Positions 19,611-29,863 of a stretch of DNA of 64,000 nt are shown piece after piece. Under the pieces are notes generated by a model, which ran no database searches, had not been told where the DNA came from, and was given only the letters and a program-made list of their open reading frames with translations. Source of the stretch: Patescibacteria group bacterium UBA924 (GTDB lineage Bacteria > Patescibacteriota > Microgenomatia > UBA1400 > PJMF01); NCBI GenBank assembly GCA_002293725.1, contig DBDU01000023.1, forward strand, positions 2,700-66,699, read 5' to 3'. Both the position numbers and the translations under genes were made by a program. Within the stretch, counting starts at the first letter, position 1. Each line of letters starts with the position of its first letter.

Positions 19611-20111
19611 ATGCCCTTTTCACCTCTCCATCCTACGAGCCGCTCTGGTTTCACAATGATCGAGTTACTGGTCACTATCGGGATTATGATCCTGATCTTT
19701 GGGGGTGGAATCTCTGCATACCTCCGTCTTGATCGTCGTCAATCTCTAGTTAACGTCTGTAAAGAACTTGAACAGATGGCTCGCAGCGCTCAAAAAAAAG
19801 CTCGCGTGGGTGATCGACCTGAAGGTTGTGATCGTCTCAATGCTTATCGGATATCTCGAACTGCTACCGGTCCAGATGTGATTAGTCTGCAAGCTGTCTG
19901 TGACTCTGGCACGTCGACCATTCAAACCTATGAAGTTCCGACTATTTTTACGGTTCAAACGATTACGACGATGAACTTCCGTGTGCTCCATGGTGGTTTA
20001 GAAGAAGAAGTTGGTGAGATCGAAGTTACCGCCTCAGCTCCTAACTATCGTTGTGACTTTACCGTAGACAATGGTGGCTCAATTAGTAGTACAACGATTT
20101 CCCAATACTAA
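19611..20111 (+). CDS. Minor pilin (FimU/GspH-like)
   Basis: G|FTMIELL; position in minor pilin series. Confidence 0.85.
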   Translation: MPFSPLHPTSRSGFTMIELLVTIGIMILIFGGGISAYLRLDRRQSLVNVCKELEQMARSAQKKARVGDRPEGCDRLNAYRISRTATGPDVISLQAVCDSGTSTIQTYEVPTIFTVQTITTMNFRVLHGGLEEEVGEIEVTASAPNYRCDFTVDNGGSISSTTISQY

Positions 20112-20114
20112 GCT

Positions 20115-20633
20115 ATGCCCTCTTCTCTTCTCCGCACTGCTCAATATAAAAAACGCAAGCGCCTGGGGCAGACGATTGTGGAAGTCATTATTGCTACCGG
20201 CGTCGTTGGGCTGGTGATGACCGCGGTCGTAGCTGTAGTCACTGTCTCAGTTCGGAATGCTTCCAGAGCGAAGGCAAAAGCCTTAGGGACAAAGTACACT
20301 CAAGAAGGAATCGAGTACTTTCGTGCTCAGAAAAACTTAATGGGTTGGGAGTCTTTTGTAGGCGCAATTCAGGAAGGTGGCTCAACTCCTACCTACTGTT
20401 TAGCTACTCTCCCCTACACCCAAAATGGTGGCTTGGAAAACCTTCCTAATCGGCCGTGTCAGGCCAGTGAGTTTGTTGATAGTAATGATCTTTATCAACG
20501 GTCTGCCAACGTTACGTTAGGCGTTTTAGGTGGCCAAGATGCGGTGACGGTAACGGTGACAACTACTTGGGAAGACGGTGATCGGATGACAGAGTCTACC
20601 GCAACAGTCGAGTTTCAACAGTCTCAACCTTAG
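20115..20633 (+). CDS. Minor pilin (PilV-like)
   Basis: G|QTIVEVI, QEGIE, C-terminal VTVTTTW. Confidence 0.8.
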   Translation: MPSSLLRTAQYKKRKRLGQTIVEVIIATGVVGLVMTAVVAVVTVSVRNASRAKAKALGTKYTQEGIEYFRAQKNLMGWESFVGAIQEGGSTPTYCLATLPYTQNGGLENLPNRPCQASEFVDSNDLYQRSANVTLGVLGGQDAVTVTVTTTWEDGDRMTESTATVEFQQSQP

Positions 20634-20647
20634 TTTCTCTGTAAATC

Positions 20648-21196
20648 TTAGTAACTTCTGACATTCACCGTGGTGGTGAAGTTTTCTGAGCCTTGGTCTT
20701 GGAAGAACTGACCACTGCTGGTGGCATAGCTGAGCGTAAACCCAATTTGAATATAGGTTCCGGTATTCACTGCAGCTTGTTGGCAGTTAAAGCTGAGGTT
20801 TGTGGCTATTGTCGGTCCACCAGTTAAGTAGCGGGTAATGCCGGTTTGGACCGATTCTGAGGCAATCTGGCCATTGGAAAGGTACAGACGAGTCACATTA
20901 TTATCAACTGACCGGAAAACAATTTGGTTCATCCCTGGAGTGCAGGTTGACTCGCCAGGGTTGAGGGGCTCCAACTGAACGGCATTTCGCAACAGAAACT
21001 CAATCTGACTTAAAGCATAGTCGCCATTATCTTTTAACTCTGAGACGAAGTTCTTTTTGCTATCACTGCGTAAAGTAGTAAAGAATAAGCCTGAAGCAGC
21101 TGCCACGAGCATCACGCTTAATCCGATAGCCACCAAAAGCTCAATCAGTGTGAAGCCACGTCTTCCAACAGGAGTCTTTAATTGGTTTCTTGCCAT
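20648..21196 (-). CDS. Minor pilin (PilW/GspJ-like), opposite strand to its neighbours
   Basis: G|FTLIELL, IEFLLRNA, C-terminal TTTVNVRSY. Confidence 0.85.
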   Translation of the reverse strand: MARNQLKTPVGRRGFTLIELLVAIGLSVMLVAAASGLFFTTLRSDSKKNFVSELKDNGDYALSQIEFLLRNAVQLEPLNPGESTCTPGMNQIVFRSVDNNVTRLYLSNGQIASESVQTGITRYLTGGPTIATNLSFNCQQAAVNTGTYIQIGFTLSYATSSGQFFQDQGSENFTTTVNVRSY

Positions 21197-23889
21197 GAGT
21201 AGATTGGCCGAGTCATCCGCTCTGGAACATTCTTGACGAAGTCTGGTCTGAAGATGAACAGCTCGGTCGGATAGTTATCATTGGTGAATGGATCGTCATA
21301 CTCTCTACCCAGGGTCACACTGGTCCAGCCGACGAAGGTACCTGAACCGACGAACTTCAGATCTCCACCACCTAGGCCTCCTTCGATGATAATGCGATCG
21401 GCAATATAGACACCGGAGACATTTGGAGTCATATCGGTAGCAATAGAGTTTCCAACTGTGTTCTCTACCGTCACGTTTCCGCTGACGATGAAGGCGAGGA
21501 AGCCACCTTCATCAACAGTGATGGTGTTCTCGATATTCAAGTTACCATTCACAAAGATGACTAAGCTCTCACCGCTGGCGACGGTCCACGGAGTATTGAT
21601 CGTGATGTTCCCAGCACCGTAGTAGGAACGACCGTTGGTTGGAGCCGTGGTTGGTTTAATGCCATTGAAGTCTGAAGCCGGTGAAGAACCCATACTGTAC
21701 AAGTTGTAGAAGTATTGGTAGTTCTCACGAGGACCGTTGTAGACAGAGCCAATCACGTGTCCCTGATTCACTTCTTCACGAAGTCGACTGTAACGTGCGA
21801 CTGGATCTGGGTCAGTATCAATGTCACCACCACCAGTAATGGCGATACCACTACTCTCACTCGCATCTAGAGAGTTGCGGTAAGAGAAGTTTGGCAGACA
21901 GCTTGGTCCCACACAGGTGTCAGGAATTAAGGAGACTAGTGCATTTCCAGTGGTGGTACCGGCGTAGACGAGACCATTCTGGGTCTGCCACCATGGTTGA
22001 GCCACGTTAGCGATGAAGAAGTTAATTCCTGATTCTGGGATGTTCTGACCTGAGTAGGTACAGCCAAATGGACAGGTACATCTCCAAGTTGAAGCATCTG
22101 GGTTAAGCTGGACGCCAATGTTGTTGTAGTTCAAGACGTTATTAATGACGTAACTGTCACCGGTAATATTCCCGCCTGCTGAACCACCACTCTGCCAAGT
22201 AGCGCCTACCGTTGAACCTACACCTGGATTTTGACCAGTTGGACTACCACTTATCTCACAGAGGCCAGTAGCCAGGTTGAGTGCAGCATTGAAGTCTTGA
22301 TCAAGGTAGATATTGCCGCTGATAGGACCAACTAAGGTAAACGTACCGTTTGTCCAGGCCGCAACACCATCACTGTAGTATGGAGTGAGCTCATTCCAGC
22401 CTACCCAACTGGTACTACTCGTCGTCACAATACGGATGTAACGGACGTTCGCTACTGGAGATGAGAAGGTCACATTCAGGACATCACCAGTCGTAATAAA
22501 TTGGGTGATCGAGTCAACTAATGTCGTTGGATTAGGTGAGCTGCCAGCGTAAATTTGATAGGTGGCATTCCCATTCGGAGAGTGGTTAGTTGCCATCCGA
22601 ATGCCAGAAATGGTACGTGTTCCTTTTAGGTCCAACTCAATCCAGTGTGTGGGGAAGCCGCCGGCGTTCCAGGCCGTTGCATCGCTGCCGTTAACAGCAT
22701 TGGCTGCGACCATGTTGTAAGGAGCGCCCTCTGAGGTGAGCCACTCATCACTGGCTGTTGCCGTTAAGTACGTTACAGCATTACAGGTAGTGTTGTTAGG
22801 GCGAACTCTCCAACTGTAGTTTGGAACACCTTGAGGAGCGGTGAAGGTATACGAAGTCGTAGTTAAACCCGTAGCACAGAACGTGTTTGCCGCCGTACAT
22901 TCCTGACCTGGGGTTGTTCCAGTTGGATACACTTGAATGTCATACTCATCAGCTCTGGCAGAAGAGCTCCAGTTCAAAGTGATAGAACGATTCGAAGGAA
23001 GTTGCAGGTTGCCACTTTGAGGATTTAAGGTAATCACACCTGGAGTTCCTAGTTCAGTATTCGAGCAAGTACCACAGGCAGTGGCTTGACCACAAGCGAC
23101 TCCACAAGCACAACCTAAAGTACAGGTGTCACAGGCTTCGTACTCTACTCCGCCAGATACACAACTATTGGTACGACTTCGGGAACCAGCTCCACATGAG
23201 GCGGAACAGGCGCTCCATGCACCGACGCTACAAGGACACTCTTGAGTATTACAGCTTTCGGTTTGAGTGTTGCCACAGTTGTCAGTACGGCTGCGGGTAC
23301 CACCACCACAAGCTGCAGAACAATTGCTCCAACCGCCCCAGTTACACACAACAGGTGATGGAGGAGGTTGGCCAGGGCTTGGTGTAGGAACTGGACAGGC
23401 CTGGGTATTACAGGTTTCGGTCTGAACATTGCCGTTACAGCTGTTTACGCGACTACGGGTACCACCACCACAAGCGACCGAACAAGCTCCCCAGTTACCC
23501 CAACCACAAGTGCCGCCACCCCCACAAGTTGGCCAGTAGGTATCAGTACAGGTGGTTGTACAACCCTGGTTTTGGATATTACATTGGCAGACACCTCCAC
23601 CACAAGAAGCACCAATGTTACCCCCATTTGAACCCCACGTTCCGCTGGAGTTTCCAGTACAGAGGCGATTGTAGTCTCCGTCACTGCAACCACAATTTCT
23701 ATATTGGGTATTATTCCCCTCACAAATAGTATTACCGATATAACAAGGTATTCCACCATTGCAGGTTGTCCCACCTGGATCACAGTATGCAGGGTAGTTA
23801 CAGGCAGCTTGAGCACTTTCAAAACGAGCTACAGTAAGAAAGCTTAAGACGGTGAGAATGGCACACAGAATAAGCGTTCGTCTGTTCAT
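21178..23889 (-). CDS. Secreted adhesin-like protein: Cys-rich region, thrombospondin type-1-like repeats, FN3-like, discoidin/F5-8C-like and C-terminal beta-helix-like domains
   Basis: Signal peptide ending AQA; WGNWGACSVACGGGTRSR, WGGWSNCSAACGGGTRSR, WSACSASCGAGSRSR; WIELDL..RYIRI; GNLNI/GNVTV repeats; ends SWQETN (track start 23904). Confidence 0.8.
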   Translation of the reverse strand: MNRRTLILCAILTVLSFLTVARFESAQAACNYPAYCDPGGTTCNGGIPCYIGNTICEGNNTQYRNCGCSDGDYNRLCTGNSSGTWGSNGGNIGASCGGGVCQCNIQNQGCTTTCTDTYWPTCGGGGTCGWGNWGACSVACGGGTRSRVNSCNGNVQTETCNTQACPVPTPSPGQPPPSPVVCNWGGWSNCSAACGGGTRSRTDNCGNTQTESCNTQECPCSVGAWSACSASCGAGSRSRTNSCVSGGVEYEACDTCTLGCACGVACGQATACGTCSNTELGTPGVITLNPQSGNLQLPSNRSITLNWSSSARADEYDIQVYPTGTTPGQECTAANTFCATGLTTTSYTFTAPQGVPNYSWRVRPNNTTCNAVTYLTATASDEWLTSEGAPYNMVAANAVNGSDATAWNAGGFPTHWIELDLKGTRTISGIRMATNHSPNGNATYQIYAGSSPNPTTLVDSITQFITTGDVLNVTFSSPVANVRYIRIVTTSSTSWVGWNELTPYYSDGVAAWTNGTFTLVGPISGNIYLDQDFNAALNLATGLCEISGSPTGQNPGVGSTVGATWQSGGSAGGNITGDSYVINNVLNYNNIGVQLNPDASTWRCTCPFGCTYSGQNIPESGINFFIANVAQPWWQTQNGLVYAGTTTGNALVSLIPDTCVGPSCLPNFSYRNSLDASESSGIAITGGGDIDTDPDPVARYSRLREEVNQGHVIGSVYNGPRENYQYFYNLYSMGSSPASDFNGIKPTTAPTNGRSYYGAGNITINTPWTVASGESLVIFVNGNLNIENTITVDEGGFLAFIVSGNVTVENTVGNSIATDMTPNVSGVYIADRIIIEGGLGGGDLKFVGSGTFVGWTSVTLGREYDDPFTNDNYPTELFIFRPDFVKNVPERMTRPIYSWQETN

Positions 23890-23890
23890 G

Positions 23891-24460
23891 TTATTGACAT
23901 CCAATAATAGCTATTTGAAACACCGTGTTAGTTTCAGAACTATCATAATTCTTATTTAACGCCAATATAACGGGAGTTCCACTTTGAAGAGCGACCTCGG
24001 CCTCATCTTTAGTGAGTATTTGCTGGCCCTCTGCAAATAATTTATTGTTATCTGTAAGTAAAAAAAGAGTTTGTTCATAAGGGGTTGTTGTTCCATCCGC
24101 TGCAACAAAATCTTGCCCCCAACATAAATACTCTGTCGTAGGTGTTACTTTAAAAGAAAGAGTTAATTGAGGATAATTTTCAGGCCAATTAACTAGAGTA
24201 GTTAAAGAGAAAACATCAGTTTCAAATTGGAGATTGTTTATATACCCTCTGACTAACCTATTTAACGCTGCTGAGTCTGGATATTGAGTATCCAGCCCAT
24301 TTCCTGCAAATTGAGCCAACATAGGACCTGTATCATTTTCGGTGCTTCTCAATTCTTGTTTCTGAACATTGAGTCTAAAAAGAAAATATACAGTAATCAC
24401 AACAACAAGCAAAATCAAGCCAATAACAAGTGCAACTGAAGATCGTCGTTTCATTTCCAT
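23891..24460 (-). CDS. Membrane-anchored hypothetical protein
   Basis: Single N-terminal TM; AT-rich coding; abuts adhesin start. Confidence 0.65.
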   Translation of the reverse strand: MEMKRRSSVALVIGLILLVVVITVYFLFRLNVQKQELRSTENDTGPMLAQFAGNGLDTQYPDSAALNRLVRGYINNLQFETDVFSLTTLVNWPENYPQLTLSFKVTPTTEYLCWGQDFVAADGTTTPYEQTLFLLTDNNKLFAEGQQILTKDEAEVALQSGTPVILALNKNYDSSETNTVFQIAIIGCQ

Positions 24461-24516
24461 GTAAGAATAGCAAACTTTTTAGCCTAACTACAAGTAGGCA
24501 AAAGATGAGGATGAAC

Positions 24517-24552
24517 AAACAAAAACGCTTCTTATTAGAAGCGTTTTTGTTT
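24517..24552. terminator. Bidirectional intrinsic terminator
   Basis: Perfect 16-bp inverted repeat AAACAAAAACGCTTCT-TATT-AGAAGCGTTTTTGTTT. Confidence 0.8.
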
Positions 24553-24569
24553 ATAAGTAAATTTAATGA

Positions 24570-25766
24570 TTACCTTGGAACAACTACTTCGATGTCATAA
24601 AGATAAGAACGTTGACCAGCCACACCATTTTTGGCATCCTCAAGGATCTCATTCACTGTTCTTACTTGTCCATCAAGACTTGCATTTTGTGTCATAAACT
24701 CAGGCCAAAAGTCTTCCACATTGTTGGCAAATGAAAAAGCGATCATTGTTCCTTGGCGAATTTCAACTGTTCCACCGTCAGCAGTTGCAAAAGATACCGT
24801 TCGATTTGCTCGATCAAAAACAAAGGAATTGTTCGGATTTGACCCTAGTGCAAACCCGTTATTTTCTATTGCAGGGGCTACTGGGACTACAGAGCCGTTT
24901 TCAGCAATTGTTGCCATTTCATTTCCATCATTAGTCATTGAAGTTTGGAAAGTGAAATATCGGGGTGGGTTAGAACTGGTACCTGGGATAACTACCCCAT
25001 TTTCATCTAGTTCTTGCATAGGTACTGTGATACTAAATATAGGATTACCTTCAGTTGATGTCACAGATTCTATGATAGTAACTACGCCTACCATAAAGTC
25101 TTGATCAATAGGAGCTCCATTAATTGTAAGTTCAGGATTATTCCAAACATCGAAATCCATACCACGAGGGCGATCTCTATAAATGCCTGGTGTAAGTGGA
25201 ACATTATTCACAGTCATTAAAGGTTCAATCCTGGTCCAATCAAATTCAAAATTAACTTGATTCCCAAAGCGGGTAGTAAACTCTACCCTTCGAGGAAATG
25301 CAGCTAAGTTATTGGATAAGTACATTGCTTCAGCAGGGATATTAGCTGCCGCAATCAACGTCTCTCCAGGGGTAGGTGTTTCTCCAGGTTGAAGTGTTGG
25401 AGTAGCGGTAGGCTCTGATGTCGGTGTAGCCGGTGGAGCTTCAGTCTCAGTTGGAACTTGGGCGATTAACGTTCTGCCAGGCTCTGGGTTATTTGCCTGC
25501 GCAGTCGCGGTAGCATCAGCGTCTGCTTGAGCTTGCATCTGACGAATCCAATTATCTACATTAGGATTAGGAGTAGGTGTTGGCTCACTATCTTGAGCGG
25601 CAACTTCGCTAGTTAAAACTCCCATCAGTAATAAGCTCGTTGGGAGCATGAGTTTTGTCGCTACCTTGGTAGCTCGCTCTTTGTCAAAACCAGCACCAGT
25701 AACTGTACTTTCTTCAGGTTTTTTTAACTGGGCGCCATATTGTTGATTTTTCTCGTACTCGTGCAT
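24570..25766 (-). CDS. Secreted Pro/Thr-linker hypothetical protein
   Basis: ~38-aa charged N-region, hydrophobic stretch, VAA|QD cleavage-like site, PTPTP/PTATPT linkers; AGGAG upstream. Confidence 0.7.
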   Translation of the reverse strand: MHEYEKNQQYGAQLKKPEESTVTGAGFDKERATKVATKLMLPTSLLLMGVLTSEVAAQDSEPTPTPNPNVDNWIRQMQAQADADATATAQANNPEPGRTLIAQVPTETEAPPATPTSEPTATPTLQPGETPTPGETLIAAANIPAEAMYLSNNLAAFPRRVEFTTRFGNQVNFEFDWTRIEPLMTVNNVPLTPGIYRDRPRGMDFDVWNNPELTINGAPIDQDFMVGVVTIIESVTSTEGNPIFSITVPMQELDENGVVIPGTSSNPPRYFTFQTSMTNDGNEMATIAENGSVVPVAPAIENNGFALGSNPNNSFVFDRANRTVSFATADGGTVEIRQGTMIAFSFANNVEDFWPEFMTQNASLDGQVRTVNEILEDAKNGVAGQRSYLYDIEVVVPR

Positions 25767-25913
25767 ATACTCCTACTTTCCTGTTAGAGTTGTAGTTGTA
25801 CCAATCACTTTAAATCCTATTATAGGATAATATTATACCTCCTCCGACGCCTTGATCAATATATAATGGGTGTGTATCTTTGTACTCTCTTGTTATAGGG
25901 TATAGTTATAGAC

Positions 25914-28900
25914 ATGGTGCAACAGCTTGAATCCTCGCCAGTCCGCCCCTTGGAACGGGTTGTCCCCTCTTCTCAAGAAAAAGAGTCGTCGCAGCTAGAT
26001 ATCGAGATTGAACAGTGCCAAGAACAGTTTGTGCAAAGTGTGGAGTGGTACCAGCAGGTTCTGGCCGGAAAAAAGCTCCAAGAGACGGTCCCGCAGTTGA
26101 CCAGTGATTTACTCAAGAATGAAGCTGGAAATCCTCCCTTAGAAGTAGCTACAGAGTTTTTTGCTTTAGTCAGCACTGTCGAAAGTATTTACACCGGACG
26201 CCACCGACCCAACTGGGAACAAGCTGAAGCGGCGCTGCACATTATCTTTCCCTACTCTCCAACCGAAGTTCAACGCATCTTAATGGCTCCTGGTGAAGGG
26301 AAAACTTTTACCATTGCCTTAGCGGCACTCTGGAAAGCTCGTCATGGAGAGATGGTGACGATCCATACCGATAAAAAAGCAAATGTGGAACAGAGCTATC
26401 AGACCACACGTCATTTATACGACCTCTTTGAAGTCACCAGCGATACGGTTCGTACCACGGAAGACTTGGGCCCTGAGTACGTTGCTTACCTCAACTCTGA
26501 GCTCACCCAAGTACGTTACGGCGTTTGGAGTCAGTTTATTCATGAGTACTTGTTGCGGCAAGAAACGATCTTCCAAGGTGAAGCCGCGTTGCGAGGAGAT
26601 TTACGAGCACAGCGTGAAGGAAAAGTTCGAGTTGGCAATCGTCAGTTGCTAGATCAACAGCTCGCCCACCAAAGAAAGTACCTCAAACCAGATGCCGTGA
26701 TTAGTGATGAAGGAGATGTCTCTGTTGATCTGGAAACAAGTCCGGTGATTTTATCGGAACCAAATGGCGAGGGCTTTACTCCAGTTGAGCAAGCTGAGCT
26801 CGAGTTGGCTTGGCAGATGTTTGAGCACCAAGATCCTGCTGCTCTGCAGCGAATGGCTGAAGCCACTGGTTTTGATCTAGCAGATGTACGAGCAGGATAT
26901 GAAGTTACTCTTGAAGTCACGGTTGAAGGTATGGAAGCCGATCAAGTAACGTATGCGGTGAACAAAAATAGAGTTATCTTTGCTCCCGAAAAGATCTTTT
27001 TCGCCTCTGTCTTCGAGATGAGTGCGACGCCTAAAGACGTGGCGACCCTGTTTAGATTAGTACAGCTTCAATATCAGGAAGGCAGTCGTTCGGCTTTACC
27101 ATTTCCGGCCGAATCAATGCAAAAAATCGTAGAGCTTGCTTTAGCTGCGGGAGAAGGGTTGGATGCACGTTTCGATTGGCAAGAAGTAGCTGAAGTGCTT
27201 CCCCCACTCCAGCGGCAGGACCTTCGTCACTTTTTCCGTCTTTCTCACCCTCTTTTTGACTACCGCCGAACGTTAATGGAACACCCGCGTATTCAAGCTT
27301 TGATTAGCACTGATGGTGAGCTATCTCCAGCCAATTGGCAGATGTTAGAGGCTGAGTTGGGTGACTCATTTGAAATGTTAAAACAACGCGTTACTTTCTC
27401 GCGGCTGATGGATGTAGTTCAAGAAGTGTGTGATCCCATTTTTACTCGCCATAACCACGATGTGATGGAAGTGCGCGATATGTTGAAAGAAGGGAATGAC
27501 TATAAACTGACCGAGCAAGATGGTGAGTCAACAGTTGTGGTTTTGGGACAAGACCGACAGCCCCAAGTCGGGAGACAGTTTCAGGGAAATACCCAAGCGT
27601 TCATTCACTTGAAACACGGCTTATCTCTGCCGGCAACGGAAAAAACAGTTGGGCAGATCATGCCAATTACTTGGTACCACCAGCGAGTGCGAAACGGAAC
27701 CGAGGTAACATCAATTAGCGGAACACAAGAAGATCCAGACTTTGTCGTAGAAACTACCGGCACATCCAAAGTACGAGAGCTGCAAACGCGAGTGTTGGAA
27801 AATCAGGCCCAAAAGCTCCGTGCGATTATGGAGTATGTCAAAGGGCGGGCTGACGTTCCTATTTTATTGTGTGCGCAGGATCGAACAGAGTGGGAAGAAC
27901 TTAAGAATGGGCTAGCAGAGCTCTCAAACCGCGAGTTGATCTTACTTGATGCTGATCATGCTGAAGACTCATATACCTTAGTTCCCCAACTAGCTCGCGG
28001 CAAGATCCTGCTTTTACAGATGACTTCTCGGGGCTTGGACTTTGGCCACATGATCGGTGAGGGTGAGCACTCTTTCCAAGATGGAGTGATTGTAGGAGCT
28101 GCTCCCCTTTTGGATGTCCACCAGTCCGCTCAGATGAAAGGCCGCCTGGGAAATAAACGTCCCAGCGGTGAGGTGGTGATCTTCACTTCACTTGATGACG
28201 AAGTGGCACAGCAGTACTACAACATTGCCAGTGGTTTGAGTGAGAAGCGTCATAAACAGATGGAAAATCTGGAACTGGACTATGACGAAGTGCTTTCGCT
28301 GGATCGTTACAAATTGATGGGTTTGGGTTGGCCAGAAACATTTGCTGAGGCTATGACTCAGTTAGATAGCTGGCAGGAAGCTGCAGCTCGGGCAGCTGAG
28401 GATGGTGAACAGCTGTCAATGCCAACGTGGATGCAGGTTCTAGTCAACGATCCCGGCATCTCTGCTGAGATGAGGCCGACGGCTAACGCCTTACGTTTTC
28501 GCTTTCGCAGCTTATTGAAAAAGTATCAGGCTCTCCGAGAGGGACACGCCTATGTGATTGAGCGCCAACAACACAATAACTTGGTCCAAACTTACCTCGA
28601 TCGACGTGAACAAATGAGTACGGATGTGGTAGTGCAAGCGCTGTGGAAGGCGATCATGACTCCTACCACCGAGACAAAGTTAGGAAAAGCGGTTCTTCCC
28701 CTGACGTACGAAGAACGCAAGGGAATTGTGGAAGCCATTTTTGAAGATGCCAATATCCTCTACTCGCTGTCTGTAACTAAAGTCAAAGCAGATCAACAGG
28801 AATCACCTCAACATCGGGAGATGAGAAGGATGGCCCAGTTCATGCAAGACATGGAAGAGCGAATCTTGGACTGGATTGAGATGGCAGACTTAGAACGACA

Positions 28901-29195
28901 GTATGCCGAACTTTCTGCTCAGCCGAAGTATGAGATTCCGGAAAATCTTGACCAACTACCAGCATGGATGGATGAACACTTCCCGGTTGAAAGGAAAAAA
29001 CCTCTCCAACGATTGATGAGTTCTCTGGCTCAGTTTGCCTTTTTGGGACTTCAAATGGAAGCACAAAGTCGTGGTCTCCCCTTACCGCCGATTGAAGAAA
29101 CGAACACACACGCTGAAGATCTTGTACTCACCCAACTACGTTCACTGGCCGAGAAGGTCCGTCGAGTTCAGGTTAAATACGAAGGAAAGCTATAA
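25914..29195 (+). CDS. Highly divergent SecA-like ATPase
   Basis: MAPGEGKT (SecA MxTGEGKT), VISDEGD (IVDEVD), GRQFQGNTQAFI, SISGT, MTSRGLD (MAGRGTD), QMKGRLG..FTSLDD (QLRGRAG..SLED). Confidence 0.75.
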   Translation: MVQQLESSPVRPLERVVPSSQEKESSQLDIEIEQCQEQFVQSVEWYQQVLAGKKLQETVPQLTSDLLKNEAGNPPLEVATEFFALVSTVESIYTGRHRPNWEQAEAALHIIFPYSPTEVQRILMAPGEGKTFTIALAALWKARHGEMVTIHTDKKANVEQSYQTTRHLYDLFEVTSDTVRTTEDLGPEYVAYLNSELTQVRYGVWSQFIHEYLLRQETIFQGEAALRGDLRAQREGKVRVGNRQLLDQQLAHQRKYLKPDAVISDEGDVSVDLETSPVILSEPNGEGFTPVEQAELELAWQMFEHQDPAALQRMAEATGFDLADVRAGYEVTLEVTVEGMEADQVTYAVNKNRVIFAPEKIFFASVFEMSATPKDVATLFRLVQLQYQEGSRSALPFPAESMQKIVELALAAGEGLDARFDWQEVAEVLPPLQRQDLRHFFRLSHPLFDYRRTLMEHPRIQALISTDGELSPANWQMLEAELGDSFEMLKQRVTFSRLMDVVQEVCDPIFTRHNHDVMEVRDMLKEGNDYKLTEQDGESTVVVLGQDRQPQVGRQFQGNTQAFIHLKHGLSLPATEKTVGQIMPITWYHQRVRNGTEVTSISGTQEDPDFVVETTGTSKVRELQTRVLENQAQKLRAIMEYVKGRADVPILLCAQDRTEWEELKNGLAELSNRELILLDADHAEDSYTLVPQLARGKILLLQMTSRGLDFGHMIGEGEHSFQDGVIVGAAPLLDVHQSAQMKGRLGNKRPSGEVVIFTSLDDEVAQQYYNIASGLSEKRHKQMENLELDYDEVLSLDRYKLMGLGWPETFAEAMTQLDSWQEAAARAAEDGEQLSMPTWMQVLVNDPGISAEMRPTANALRFRFRSLLKKYQALREGHAYVIERQQHNNLVQTYLDRREQMSTDVVVQALWKAIMTPTTETKLGKAVLPLTYEERKGIVEAIFEDANILYSLSVTKVKADQQESPQHREMRRMAQFMQDMEERILDWIEMADLERQYAELSAQPKYEIPENLDQLPAWMDEHFPVERKKPLQRLMSSLAQFAFLGLQMEAQSRGLPLPPIEETNTHAEDLVLTQLRSLAEKVRRVQVKYEGKL

Positions 29196-29263
29196 CTTTG
29201 CTGAGACTATTCTGAGATGTACTGTTCAGGATTGATCTTGCAAGATATAATCCCCTTTTTAAG

Positions 29264-29857
29264 ATGAGATTCTTCTTTAGTGCGTCGGTCCACGGCAAAC
29301 GTCTTTTTGAGCCTAACTACAAGTTAATTGCTCAAGAAGTCAAGCGGCTGGGACACGAAATTGACGCTACTACCGTGCTCAATCAGGATCCAAAAGAAAT
29401 GGATACTTGGAACGAGCAGACTTCCTTAGATTTTCATAAAAAAGTGATGAACGGCATGAAGAAAGCCGACGGTTTGTTAATTGAAGCATCACACGCGAGC
29501 ATTGGTGTGGGCTTCAACTTGGCGTCTGCTGTCCAGCTAGGTAAGCCCGTGATCATTTTTTTTTCCGGCAAAGAAGAGCCACACTTGTTTCGCACTTTAG
29601 AGAAAATTAATGACAAGTTTCAAGTTGTACGTTACACCACCATCGAACAGCTCCGCAAAGAAATTCCGCCGGCCTTGGCATTTGCAACTGAAAACCAAGA
29701 TACTCGTTTCAACTTTTTTATCTCCCCCGAACACGCCAAGTACCTGGACTGGATTGCCCAGACCTACAAGATGTCCCGGTCAGTCTATTTGCGTCGTTTG
29801 ATTAATAAAGAAATGGACAAAATGGCTGAAGAGTTCAGCATGAGTGACTTAATTTAA
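29264..29857 (+). CDS. Nucleoside 2-deoxyribosyltransferase-like domain plus C-terminal ribbon-helix-helix domain
   Basis: FFFSAS, ADGLLIEASHASIGVG, GKPVI; C-terminal RFNFFIS..YLDWIA..SRSVYLRRLI. Confidence 0.75.
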   Translation: MRFFFSASVHGKRLFEPNYKLIAQEVKRLGHEIDATTVLNQDPKEMDTWNEQTSLDFHKKVMNGMKKADGLLIEASHASIGVGFNLASAVQLGKPVIIFFSGKEEPHLFRTLEKINDKFQVVRYTTIEQLRKEIPPALAFATENQDTRFNFFISPEHAKYLDWIAQTYKMSRSVYLRRLINKEMDKMAEEFSMSDLI

Positions 29858-29863
29858 GGTTCT

